From Malacoraja senta (taxonomy: Eukaryota): a DNA stretch of 37,557 bases. Under the pieces are notes generated by a model. That model searched no databases and was not told the DNA's origin. It saw only the letters and a program-made list of their open reading frames with translations. The position numbers and the translations under genes were made by a program. The stretch lies in NCBI GenBank assembly GCA_038087875.1, contig JAXLNO010000570.1:1-37557 (forward strand), in the 5' to 3' direction. Below, in pieces: positions 1 through 10,949 of the stretch; the stretch's first letter is position 1, and the number at the start of each line of letters is the position of its first letter.

Positions 1-271
1 GAAATCTTTTAGGACTGAGATGAGAAAAACATTTTGTACACAGAGTGGTGAATCTCTGGAATTCTCTGCCCCCGAAGGTAGTTGAGGCCAGTTCATTGGC
101 TATATTTAAGAGGGAGTTAGATGTGGCCCTTGTGGCTAAAGGAATCGGGGTAAGGAGAGAAGGCAGGTACAGGATACTGAGTTGGATGATCAGCCAAGAT
201 CATATTGTATGGTGGTGCAGGCTCGAAGGGCCGAATGGCCTACTCCAGCACCTATTTTCTATGTTTCTATG
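1..271 (+). mobile_element. CR1 LINE 3' end (ORF2 C-terminus and 3' UTR)
   Basis: VVNLWNSLP..VVEA.S..IFKRELD is the CR1 ORF2 C-terminal motif; ends in the tandem 8-mer TTTCTATG TTTCTATG (256-271). Confidence 0.85.
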
Positions 272-592
272 TTAATCAATGGTTGGATGACTTTTTCCAC
301 AACCTCTATCATCAAGAAGAGCAGCATGCGCACCAGCTCCTATCACAAACATGAGATCATACTACTCGTAATCTACTACTACTGCCATTCCTCAACAACA
401 TGGCTCATCTTCCATCTCAACACGACCTTCCTGTATTAACCATTTCTCTTAATATCCCAAAATCTATTGAACTTAACAGACTTCCACAGCCCTAGAATGC
501 AGCAAATCTCAAAAGATTCAAAACACTCCATGAACTTTTCTCTCAATCCTAAACAATAATGCTAATTCTAAAACCGTAATGCCTAGTTCCAG

Positions 593-785
593 TGTAGGAA
601 GGAACTGTAAATGCTTGTTTAAACCAAAGATGGACTCAAATAGTTAGAGTAACTCAGCGGGTCAGACAGCATCTCTGGAGAAAAGGAAAAGGAGTCTGAA
701 GAAGGGTCTCGACCCGAAACATCACCGATTCATTTTCTCCAGAGATACTGTTTGACCCACTGAGTTACTACAGTTTTTAGTGCTT
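593..785. mobile_element. Foldback pair of Penelope-like pLTR fragments
   Basis: 647-684 GAGTAACTCAGCGGGTCAGACAGCATCTCTGGAGAAAA is inverted against 733-770; the same sequence forms the 3' end of GIY-YIG-coding Penelope copies at 22265 and 28600. Confidence 0.75.
692..727 (+). ncRNA. Minimal type I hammerhead ribozyme motif (Penelope pLTR), probably decayed
   Basis: CTGAAGA (696-702), A, stem GGGTC-TC-GACCC, GAAAC (716-720), ATC (721-723); fits the CUGANGA..GAAA..NUH core. Confidence 0.65.
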
Positions 786-1253
786 AGTTCTTGACTCGGC
801 AACCAGGGAAATCTGCTTAGACCAGAAATATACAATCCACAATAACAATCCTACCATTAACAGAAATTTGGAAAAGGGTAACCAGAATATCAGCCACCAA
901 TTTACACCCTGGGGAATAGATCATTCGAATTGATATGATTTCAAGCTCAGAAACGTCTCTGGTTCTCTTTGACTAAACACTTGTTTCCTTCAGATGTCCA
1001 CGTAATTTGTTTAACTCTTTTTTCCAACAAAAACAAACAAAAGGAGGTTTAGTTGCTATGTTCCGATTTCCTAATTTCTGGTTAAAAATCCACTCATCTC
1101 AATTAAAAAAGATTCCAGTCCTCTGCCCTTGCGGGTAGAGGGGGGGGGGGGGTGCCTCCCACGGCTCTCCCTCCCCCCGGGGGTACAGCCCGGCGTTCCT
1201 TCCCGCTCTCTCCCCCGGAACACTAAACACCCTCCTCGTCCGGCTCCGCTCAC

Positions 1254-1815
1254 CCTCGAGGGTCACCTCCTTGCCGGCCTTCTTCAGGGCCTGGACGGCC
1301 TGGTCGTGGGTGGCGTCCTGCAGCCCGGCTCCGTTCACCGCCAGGATGGCGTCGCCGACGAAGAGAGCGCCAGTGCGGTCGGCCGCCAGGCCGCGGAAGA
1401 TCTTGGAGATAACGATGGGCATGCGGTTCTCGCGGCCGCCCTTGATGCTGATGCCCAGCCCGCCGGCCTCCTGTTTCAGCACCCGCACCGTGCGCACCCG
1501 GTCCGGCAGCGCCGCCGGTCCAGGGCTCGGGCTGTCCCCCGTCCCGGGGCTGCCGCCATGGATCACCGTCCCGGGGCTGCCGTCGTGGATCCCGGGCCTC
1601 GCCGGGCTCATGTGCACCGGGCTGGGGCTCGGACTCCGCGCCCGCGGGGATCCGTTGGACAGCCCGTCCCAGGCATCAGTTTCGGGTGGCGGCCCCTCGC
1701 CGCTGAAGCGCAGGCTGCTCTGCTGCAGCTCTGCCTGCACCCGGTGCCAACCCCGGTCCCTCAGGAAGATCTCCAGCGGCCCGGAGCGGAGCAGCAGCTC
1801 GGCCGCCGCCGCCAT
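1254..1815 (-). CDS. SNTB2: Beta-2-syntrophin coding exon 1 (first half of split PH domain plus PDZ domain)
   Basis: ATG at 1815 in GGGATGG context; [31 protein letters not shown]...[20 protein letters not shown] is the syntrophin PDZ with SNTB2-type residues (ENRMP, THDQ); phase-1 donor G|GTGAGC at 1253; lies downstream of UTP4 as in human. Confidence 0.92.
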
Positions 1816-1864
1816 CCCCAGCGCCCTCTCCCTCCCTGGCCGCCAGGTGACGCCCTCTCCCTGG

Positions 1865-1944
1865 CCAATAGGTGGCGTCCAAGCCGCGACCAATGGGCGT
1901 GCGTGGCGAAATAAGCCAATGGGAGCGGTGAACCAACAGCCAAT
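1865..1944 (+). promoter_or_regulatory. Four CCAAT (NF-Y-type) boxes
   Basis: CCAAT at 1865, 1890, 1916 and 1940, three in RRCCAATGG context, 50-130 bp upstream of the SNTB2 ATG. Confidence 0.65.
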
Positions 1945-1990
1945 GGGAGTGACAGGACAGCGGGCAAGAGGAGGGTTGTTGTCAACTGGA

Positions 1991-2477
1991 GCAGCAGTGG
2001 GTGTGGGGAATCAGAGACCAGCAGCAGTGGGTGTGGGGAATCAGAGGCCAGCAGCAGTGGGTGTGGGGAATCAGAGGCCAGCAGCAGTGGGTGTGGGGAA
2101 TCAGAGGCCAGCAGCAGTGGGTGTGGGGAATCAGAGACCAGCAGCAGTGGGTGTGGGGAATCAGAGGCCAGCAGCAGTGGGTGTGGGGAATCAGAGGCCA
2201 GCAGCAGTGGGTGTGGGGAATCAGAGGCCAGCAGCAGTGGGTGTGGGGAATCAGAGACCAGCAGCAGTGGGTGTGGGGAATCAGAGACCAGCAGCAGTGG
2301 GTGTGGGGAATCAGAGGCCAGCAGCAGTGGGTGTGGGGAATCAGAGACCAGCAGCAGTGGGTGCGGGGAATCAGAAGCCAGCAGCAGTGGGTGCGGGGAA
2401 TGAGAGGCCAGCAGCAGTGGGTGCGGGGAATGAGAGACCAGCAGCAGTGTGGGGAATCATAAGCCAGCAGCAGTGGG
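1991..2477 (+). repeat. 30-bp minisatellite, about 16 copies
   Basis: Tandem unit GCAGCAGTGGGTGTGGGGAATCAGAG(G/A)CCA, degenerating at the right end. Confidence 0.97.
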
Positions 2478-2504
2478 ACAGGATAAAGGACGACTAAGAG
2501 GACA

Positions 2505-2750
2505 CAAGAAATTGAAGGGTCTGAAACCGAAAAATCACCTATTTCTTCTCTCCAGAGATGCTGCCTGTCCCGCTGTTACTCCAGCGTTTTGTGTCTATTT
2601 TCAAGAAACTACATGTGTTGGAATGAAATGCAAAAATAAACTGCCAAAGGAACTCAGTGGGTCAAGCAGCATCTGTGAAGCAAAAAGGATCATCCTATGC
2701 TGATGCAGGTTCTTGACCCAAAGCATCAACTTTCCTTTTGCCTCCACAGA
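2505..2750. mobile_element. Degraded Penelope pLTR fragments in both orientations
   Basis: TCTCCAGAGATGCTGCCTGTCCCGCTGTTACTCCAGC and GGAACTCAGTGGGTCAAGCAGCATCTGTG; decayed hammerhead-like cores near 2512 and 2700. Confidence 0.6.
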
Positions 2751-3256
2751 CTACAGATAGAATTGAAGAACACAGCAACAGCCAACAGAAGTGAGACTAG
2801 GGATGGGTGAATTTGTTGCCAGTGAGAGTTAGGATGCCAATAGCAACAGTGAACATAACAGCTAATGTATATACAGTGCCCTCCATAATGTTTGGGACAA
2901 AGACCTATCATTTATTTACTTGGCTATGTACTCCACAATTTGAGATTTGTAATAGAAAAAAAATCACATGTGGTTAAAGTGCACATTGTCAGATTTTAAT
3001 AAAGGCCATTTTTTTTTCATTTTGATTTCACCATGTAGAAATTACAGCTGTGTTTATACATAGTCCCGCCATTTCATGGCACCATAATGTTTGGGACACA
3101 TAAAAAATGTCATGTAAATGAAAGGTCATTTTACTATTTTGTTGCATATCCTTTGCATGCAATGACTGTTTGAAGTCTGAGATTCATGGACATCACCAGT
3201 TGCTGGATGCCTTTTCTGATGATGCTCTGCCAGGCCTGTATCTAAAGTTAGATTTT

Positions 3257-6200
3257 ACTATTGAAATTCAAGCTAAATAAATTACTGTCAGAGAAAGTTA
3301 TAACATTATTTCAAATCACAAAACAAGAACACTTCGAATTCGGGGACAAACCCCACAAACATCTACCACGCCAACTGAAAAAACGGGAAAAAGAGAATGC
3401 AATATTAAAGATTAAATCAGACAGAGGGGAATTATTAACATTACCCAAGGATATCAATAAAAGATTTGCTCAATTTTACCAGAATCTTACACATCTAAAA
3501 CGTTAATAGACAATAATAAAATCTCAGAATTTTTAGATAACTGTAACCTACCACAATTAGAACTGAGGGAACAAGAGGAACTGGGAGCACAAATTACTTC
3601 TAAGGAGATAGAAGACACAATAAAAACACTAAAGAATGGAAAAACACCAGGACCAGACGGATTCAGTAATGAATTTTATAAATCTTTTTATGACATAGTT
3701 ACTCCACGATTACAGAAAATGTATACATATGCTTTTAAAGAGCAAAACTTACCTGAAACACTAGCAGAATCAACGATCATATTAATACTTAAAAAAGATA
3801 AAAATATAGAAGAACCAGGATCATATAGAGCTATTGTTAAATACGAATCAAAAAATAATAGCGAAAACACTAGCCAGTAGACTAAGCAGGTATGTTAGTA
3901 GACTAATAAATGAGGATCAAACAGGATTTATACCTAAGAGACATTCATTCAATAATTTGAGACGTTTGCTTAACATAATGCACTCACATAAATCTCAGGA
4001 CCAAGAGTTATCTATCATCTCACTGGACGCAGAAAAAGCGTTTGATCAAGTAGAATGGGACTATATGATTAAAGTATTGCAAAAATTCCAATTGGGAGAG
4101 AACTTCATTGCATGGATAAAACTATTATATAACAAACCTACGGCTAGAATACTAACTAATAATATATTATCCTTGAAATTTGAACTATCAAGGAGCAATA
4201 GACAAGGATGTTCATTATCACCGCTGCTATTTGCTTTAGTAATTGAACCCCTTGCTGAAAAAATAAGAACACACATGGATATTTACGGTTATAATACAAA
4301 ATATTCAAATAACAAAATATCCCTATATGCCGATGATGTACTACTGTACATCACAAAACCACAAATTAGTATACCAAATATATTAAATTTAATTGAGGAC
4401 TTTGGATCCTTCTCAGGATACAGAATAAATTGGAACAAAAGTGAAATTATGTCGATAAAACCAAAAGACTCAACACACCTCAGGAAATTCCCCTTTAAAA
4501 TAGCTACAGAAAAATTCAAATATTTGGGAATTGAAATTACTAGAAATTACCAGGATATGTTTAAAGCCAATTATAATCCCTTACTTAAGAAATTAAATAA
4601 TATGATTAAATTCTGGAAAACACTTCCGATGTCCTTAATAGGCAGAATAAATGCTATAAAAATGATTTTCTTACCACAAATCCTATACCTATTTCAATCA
4701 ATACCTATATATCTCCCAAAAAAGTTTTTCAAAAAATTGGACTCAGACATTACAAATTTTATATGTGATTATAAATCCCATAGAATACAAAGTGCACACC
4801 TTAATAAACGAAAAGAGTTGGGGGGTCTAGCGCTCCCTAACTTTATGTATTATAATTGGGCAGTAAATATTAAAAATATGATTCACCTGCTGGACAATTC
4901 TGCCCAGCAGGCGGACTGGATTGTAATGGGAAAAGGGGACTGCTCCCCGAGTAATATAGGAGCGATTATTCTCTCTCCAATAAATTTGAATAATAAAAAT
5001 TATAATAAAAATCCAATTATATATAGCACAATTAGAACATGGAAACAAATAAAACAGAATCTAAAATTAAGAAACCTATCTCTCTCAATACCAATAGTTA
5101 ATAACCCATCGTTTAAACCTTCAACCATAGACAAATCATTTATACAATGGGAAAGAATGGGAATCAAAACGCTCGAAGATCTGTATGAATTGGGAAAATT
5201 ACTATCATTTCAACAACTACAACTGAAATATAATTTGAAAAATAACCAATATTTTAAATATCTACAAATTCGTGATTATCTGAAAAAATACACAAAAGAC
5301 TATCATAATATGCCTTCCGACTTACTAGATGAAGCAATGAAGACAAAGGCGGAATCAGCTAATCTAATATCGTACTTATATAACATCATTTTAAACATAG
5401 AAATACCCACAACAGATGGAATTAGAAGAGACTGGGAACAAGAATTAGCTATGAAAATTTCAAAAGAGAGCTGGGATAACCATTTACTACAGGTGCATAA
5501 ATGTTCGATCAACGTACGACATATGCTCATCCAATTCAAAACATTACATAGACTATATTATTCAAAAACTAAATTAAATAAAATCTTTCCTAATGTTTCA
5601 CCAATCTGTGATAAATGTCTATGTCAAGAAGCTACCATAGCGCATTCTTTTGTTTTTTGTACAAAAATCCCAAAATTCTGGTATGAAATATTTGATATTT
5701 TTTCAAAATTAATTAAAACAAAACTGGTACCAAAACCAGAATGGATCATTTTTGGAATATCGGAAGGTATCCCTGAATTAAACGTGTATCAGAAGAACTT
5801 ATTTAATTACGGGCTAATAATGGGAATAAAGCTCATACTTAAATTCTGGAAAAATCCGCCCACACCAACAATAAAAATGTGGACATCAAATATGTTTGAA
5901 ACATTACATCTGGAAGAGATGAGATTCCTCTTAGCAGGTAAAGCAGACCAATTCCAAAAGACGTGGTCTCCGTTTCTGGACCTATTACAAGCATGAGGTG
6001 CAATAGTAATTTAAAAAATAAATAAATAAAGAAATGGTATCAGGACCTGGTAATGGGAGGTAAAACAACAAAAACAGACTTGGTTGGTAGTCCCCTTTCT
6101 GCGATTGTTCCTACTTTCTTTTTCTTTCTTTTCTAGGGCCTACTTTCTTACTTTACTTCCTTCTCTAACTTCTTTTCTAAGGGGCTTTCTTTTCCCAACA

Positions 6201-6370
6201 CTCTCTTGCACTTCACGACTCTCGCGCACTTTCTTTACTTTTCTTACTTCTATCTTTCTCTTAAAGCTCAAAAAAATGAAGCGGTATAAAAAATGTATTA
6301 AGATATAAGTGTTGTGTATTACTGTAAGTTACTGTACTTCTAATAAAAATAATTTAAAAAAAATAAATAA
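3257..6370 (+). mobile_element. 5'-truncated L1-clade LINE with 14-bp TSD
   Basis: TSD TAAAGTTAGATTTT at 3243-3256 and 6371-6384; A-rich tail after AATAAA; ORF2 RT. Confidence 0.92.
3834..5996 (+). pseudogene. L1 ORF2 fragment (RT and C-terminal CCHC); upstream part frameshifted, endonuclease missing
   Basis: DQTGFI, SLDAEKAFD, RQGCSLSPLLF, LYADD, FKYLGI, CDKC-x8-H-x4-C; KTPGPDG motif at about 3641 is in another frame. Confidence 0.9.
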
Positions 6371-6427
6371 TAAAGTTAGATTTTGGATAGAAGACTGTCA
6401 GCATGGGGAAAAATCTGTACCCAGGCC

Positions 6428-6972
6428 AGCCATCTTTAGGTTTTGCTTGTTTTGGGGGCTAGTCCCCTTCAGTTTTCTCTTCAGCATATAAAAGGCATGC
6501 TCAATTGGGTTCAGATCGGGTCACTCAAGAATTGACCATTTTTTAGCTTTGAAAAATTCTTTTGTTGCTTTGGCAGTATGTTTGGGATCATTGTCATGTT
6601 GTAGAATGAACCGCTGGCCAATGAGTTTTGAGGCATTTGTTTGAACTTGAGCAGATAGTCTGTACACTTCAGAATTCATTATGCTACTGCCATCAGCAGT
6701 TGTATCAATGAAGATAAGTGAGCCAGTACCTTCAGCAGCCACACATGCCCAGGCCATAACCCTCGTGTTTTACAGATGAGGTGGTATGCTTTGGATCTTG
6801 GGCAGTTCCTTCTTTCCTCCATACTTTGCTCTTGCCATCACTCCGATACAAGTTAATCTTCATCTCATCTGTCCACAAGACCTTTTTCCAGAACTGTGGT
6901 TGCTCTTTTAAGTACTTCTTGGCAAACTGTAACCTGGCCATCCTATTTTTGCAGCAAGTCTTTGGTCCTCAT
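6428..6972 (-). pseudogene. Tc1 DD34E transposase remnant (C-terminus continues at about 3134-3240)
   Basis: MRTKD start at 6972 joined to MARLQFAK (DNA-binding region deleted); WTDE.KINL, QHDNDPKH and PDLNPIE motifs with frameshifts; QAWQSI...IACKGYATK* lies left of the L1. Confidence 0.85.
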
Positions 6973-9559
6973 GCTGATAAACAGCAATAAACGTTTCCGA
7001 AGGTGATGGAAAGACTGGAGGAAAGACTAGGTGCTGAGAGCTCTCTTATACTTGCATTAAGGAGGCAATTAAACACACCTGAACAATTACAAACGCCTGT
7101 GAAGCCATGTGTCCCAAACATTATGGAACCCTGAAATGGGGGGGACTATGTATAAACACAACTGTAATTTCTACATGGTGAAACCAAAATGTTTAAAAAT
7201 GGCCTTTAATAACATCTGACAATGTACACTTTAACCACATGTGATTTTCTTCTAATACAAATCTCAAATTGTGGAGCAGAGGCAAATAAATAAATGATGG
7301 GTCTTTGTCCCAAACATTATGGAGGGCACTATGCAAAATAGAAGCCAGCAGGAGCACATAACTTCCGTCGGAGTGGGGGGAAAAAGAAAATAGGAATGAT
7401 GATCTTGCAACCAGTAGAGCAGAGAATGGAAAGTATGGTAGACATGTCAGTTCTGATAATAATATCTCTGGCATTGAAACAATTATCACAACCTGACCTG
7501 CACACCCTCACACCTTTTAGTTTGCATCTTATAACATTTGTTTTGTTTCTAATCGCACTCCCTAATACAGCCATCAACTCATTGACTGGGTAAGGTCTAC
7601 AGTTTATCCACAATGGCAAGCCCAGCCTCACTCTGTCAAACTATCCCACATTCTCTGCTATTACAAATTAACTTATTTTCCCCATGCTGACAGTCTTCTA
7701 TCCAAAACACTAACTTTAGATTTTACTTCGGAGTCACGTTTGTGACTACGTGAAGAACCCGCCAGCCCGCATGCGCGTCATATCGTCTATCGCATTGCGC
7801 AACGACTGGCTGGAGGCGCGCTGCTCCACCAGCAGTAAGTTTCAAACCTGAAGGTAAGTTTTCAACTTATTTCCAGGGCTGTTTTCTCCTTGCAGAAAGC
7901 TCTTTATAGAGTTCCTGCTGGAGACGTTCCGGGGTAATCCCGGCTCCGCTAGGGAAACCCAGCTCGGGGAAACCCGACTTCGGGATCCCGTCTACAGGGA
8001 CCGCGGGGGAATCCCGACTGCGGGAACCGCAGGGAAACCCGGCTTCGGGGACCATGGGAAGCCCGCGGGGAACCTGGGTTCGGAGACCGTGGGAAGACCG
8101 TGGGATACCCGGCTCGGGGGAACCCCGGCTACGGGGACTGTGGGAAGACACGGCTAGGGACCGCGGCAGTGCGGGTAGCTGGCGGCGACTTCAGACTCTG
8201 GCAGCCCGCAGAGGGGAACAGCCAAACGGAGTCTGAGAGGCCTAGACTGGGATGAGTCAGGCCAGGAGGGTTCCCCTCCGACATGGGTACGTCCTCGGAC
8301 GTTTTTACCCAGATGGAGCATAGATAGCGTCCGCAGGGCGTTCATCCCACTAAGGGGATGCTCCATCCTCATATAGTCCATGGGGGAGCCATATCAGCGC
8401 ATGTCTCCTCGAGGGCCTGCAGCAGCACCTCTTTCAGGGCTGCTTACAAATCTCCTTCTCTGTGATGAGAGTGCGAGGGGTCAGTTGGTAACTGACTCCA
8501 AACTCGGAAGTATGTCAGGGGAACATACTGGAGTGCATGCGTGACGTTCCAGAAATTTCTGTCATGGCATCAAGGGTTGCGATATCCTCACAAACGAAGG
8601 AGCTCCTGCTGGAAGAGTTGGCTTCCAGCCATTCGCAGAAAACCCGGAGGGGCCAGAGTTCCCCTCGCGAAGCAGCTGCTACCTCACGTCACATCATTAC
8701 AGGAACAGGTGCCGGCTGTGAGATACCATGCACCTGTAAATTGTTCCTGAAAGTGCCGGCAGTGAACAGCGCTATCTGGGGTGATATTGGAGGCGGCATG
8801 AAAACCCAGGAAACGAAATTCCAACAAATCTTAAAGATTACTGGCCTGGTGTTGATGTGCAATGCACACTTCAAAATGAACATAGAACGCTATTAGACCT
8901 GCCTTAAATTCCAATTTGCAGGCTCATGTAAGGCCAGCAATGTCCAGCCGCCGAATCTTCTCTTCACGGAAAACCTGTCCAAACAGGTAAGGAAACAGAT
9001 GAGGAAACAAAAGCTGTCGGACTAATCAAGGTGACACCCCACGCCTCCATCGGCAGGAAGCGGTTCACTGAAGCTGGTGGCAGCTTGAAAGCTGGGCACA
9101 GGTCTTTTAGGCCAAGGCCCAAAACCGGTCCTCAGGAAAAATATGGGATCCACGTACCCCAGCAGTCCTACTCTCCAAATCAAGGACGGAAATAGAACCC
9201 GCATCAGGGGCCTTTGGGCTTACCATAAAACCACCGATAACCATGACGGTAGGTGGGTCTGGTCCTTTCCGAAACATGGGGTATGTGGACCATTTACAAG
9301 TTGGTAATATTTACACTTGTTTTTTGTACAAATGACAATGATAACATGAGATTCAGATCTGTTTATAAATTAAAATGATAACATGAGATTAGTTTATACT
9401 GCACAGTAGCGAGACAGGCACGGTAATTGGCCAGAGTTCTCGGGAAATTTGGCTGGAGTTGCCTTTCAAGGCAGGCTCGCAATTGTGGCAGATGTGGCCT
9501 GTTCATTGTCAACAGGTTCAACTCGCATGTGCAGTATAGACATTTCTGAATATGAAACT

Positions 9560-10860
9560 TCGTGACTGTCTAACTTCCATGGGATCAATTTCCATTCACA
9601 GGGATCACCGGAGATATTTGAAATTTAGCTGGATGGGGCAATGATACAGTTAAAAGCGTTGCAAAATGGGCTAACCAGCTCCCAGGTTATTTACCAAATT
9701 ACTAAAACTAGTGCTTCGGCTGCTCAGAGCTAAAAAACAATTGTTATGGCCAACTGGATGATATTCTAAACGCTGTATTTTGCTAAATTAGCTGTATCAG
9801 CCACAAAACTATATTTGAGAAATTGGGTTTCTCATCCATCCAGTTAAATTTAAGTTGATACCAACTGAAACTATTGATTATCGGAATTTACCTTTAACTC
9901 TATTAATTTGTCTGTGACTCCGCCCTGAGGCAAGAGATTGGAATTAATTGAAGCCTGTAACAACCTTGTTGTTATCAAGCAGCCTTCTATTCATCAAGTG
10001 TAATTGGCAATATATTGGCTTTTCAGCTGTGCTATTTGGGCCTTTGCATTATCAGAACACAGCGTGCAAAGGAGTAAGCTCTCAAGTACCATGTAGGTCA
10101 TTGTTAACAGACCTATGCTTTACCAGCTGAAACTATCAAAGTCGAACAAGGACGAACAGTATTCAGCATTGCTCCACTAACTTTTCGGCAGTAAATCTTC
10201 AGTTATAATTACAAACTGATGCTATTGCTCAAAGATGGAAAATTACTAATACCATCTCTAGTTAGAGTTACGGATGGAATTTGCATGAGTTACAATTTCT
10301 TCAGTTATATGGTATCAACTACCTATAGACGTTAGGTGCATTCTGTGGGTTAAAGGTTTTTGCGCGAATATGCATAATCTGCATGTTCAAGTCCAAGTTG
10401 ATACACTTTGGTGATGGTATATGTTAATCACATGGGTGCAATCAAGTCAAAGTATCCGGCGATAGTTTACCTAACCTCATTTGGCGCTGGTGTATCATCA
10501 CGTAAAATCAATGACACCACAGAATGGATGTTGGATCACAAAGTATTTAATGACATTTTGGCTCGATGGAACACTAAAAGATCGAGATGTTTGCATTCAG
10601 GCTCAATCACCAGTTGCAAAAAATATGTGGCATATCAGTGGCGATGGATGCATTCTCGCTACACTGGGAAGGAATGTTCTTTTATCTCTTCCTTCATTTT
10701 GCCTCATCAGACGGATCTTGCAAGAAATTCAGCAAGTTCCCGCTTCAGGCATTTTCGTAGTACCTGACTGGCCTATACAGCCATGGTTCCCGCTGATGTT
10801 GGGAATGATAATAGAACCTTATATGGTTATTTCTAGACACAACAATCTGCTGGTTTAGCC
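9560..10860 (+). pseudogene. DIRS RT / RNase H / methyltransferase-like remnants
   Basis: SIPIHRDHRRYLKFSW (RT); TDA and VMVYVNHMG (RNase H); EWMLDHKVF and SFCLIRRILQEIQ..IFVVPDWPIQPWFP (MT-like); many frameshifts. Confidence 0.8.
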
Positions 10861-10949
10861 GTGACTCGGGAAACCATCCTCTGCATGATAAAATCAATTC
10901 ATTGACTTGCGGACTCTGAGAAGACTGTTCCTGCGGCTCGGGTTGTCAA

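Larger units (their letters stand above)
1130..1990. promoter_or_regulatory. CpG island over the SNTB2 promoter and exon 1
   Basis: Very GC- and CpG-rich compared with the CpG-poor flanks; spans the start codon. Confidence 0.8.
2874..7331 (-). mobile_element. Tc1 DNA transposon, IR/DR type, internally deleted and interrupted by an L1
   Basis: TA|CAGTGCCCTCCATAATGTTTGGGACAAAGACC at 2874 with its inverse ending at 7331; TIRs of about 230 bp with inner repeats CATAATGTTTGGGACA near 3083 and 7112; transposase remnants on the minus strand. Confidence 0.92.

Noticed and set aside
1816..1893. N-terminal extension of SNTB2 in the ORF track
   Set aside because: It starts at TTG and overlaps the CCAAT boxes; the first ATG in good context is at 1815.
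1991..2477. CRISPR-like array
   Set aside because: The 30-bp units are contiguous with no unique spacers, there are no cas genes, and the context is eukaryotic.
1271..2497. 408-aa + strand ORF with ([10 protein letters not shown])n repeats
   Set aside because: It is the antisense of GC-rich SNTB2 exon 1 running into a 30-bp minisatellite that lacks stops; it has a non-ATG start and no domain.
3241..7720. Inversion bounded by the 46-bp inverted copies
   Set aside because: Tc1 transposase fragments on both sides of the insertion keep the same orientation and order and the TIRs face correctly, so a copy rather than an inversion explains it.
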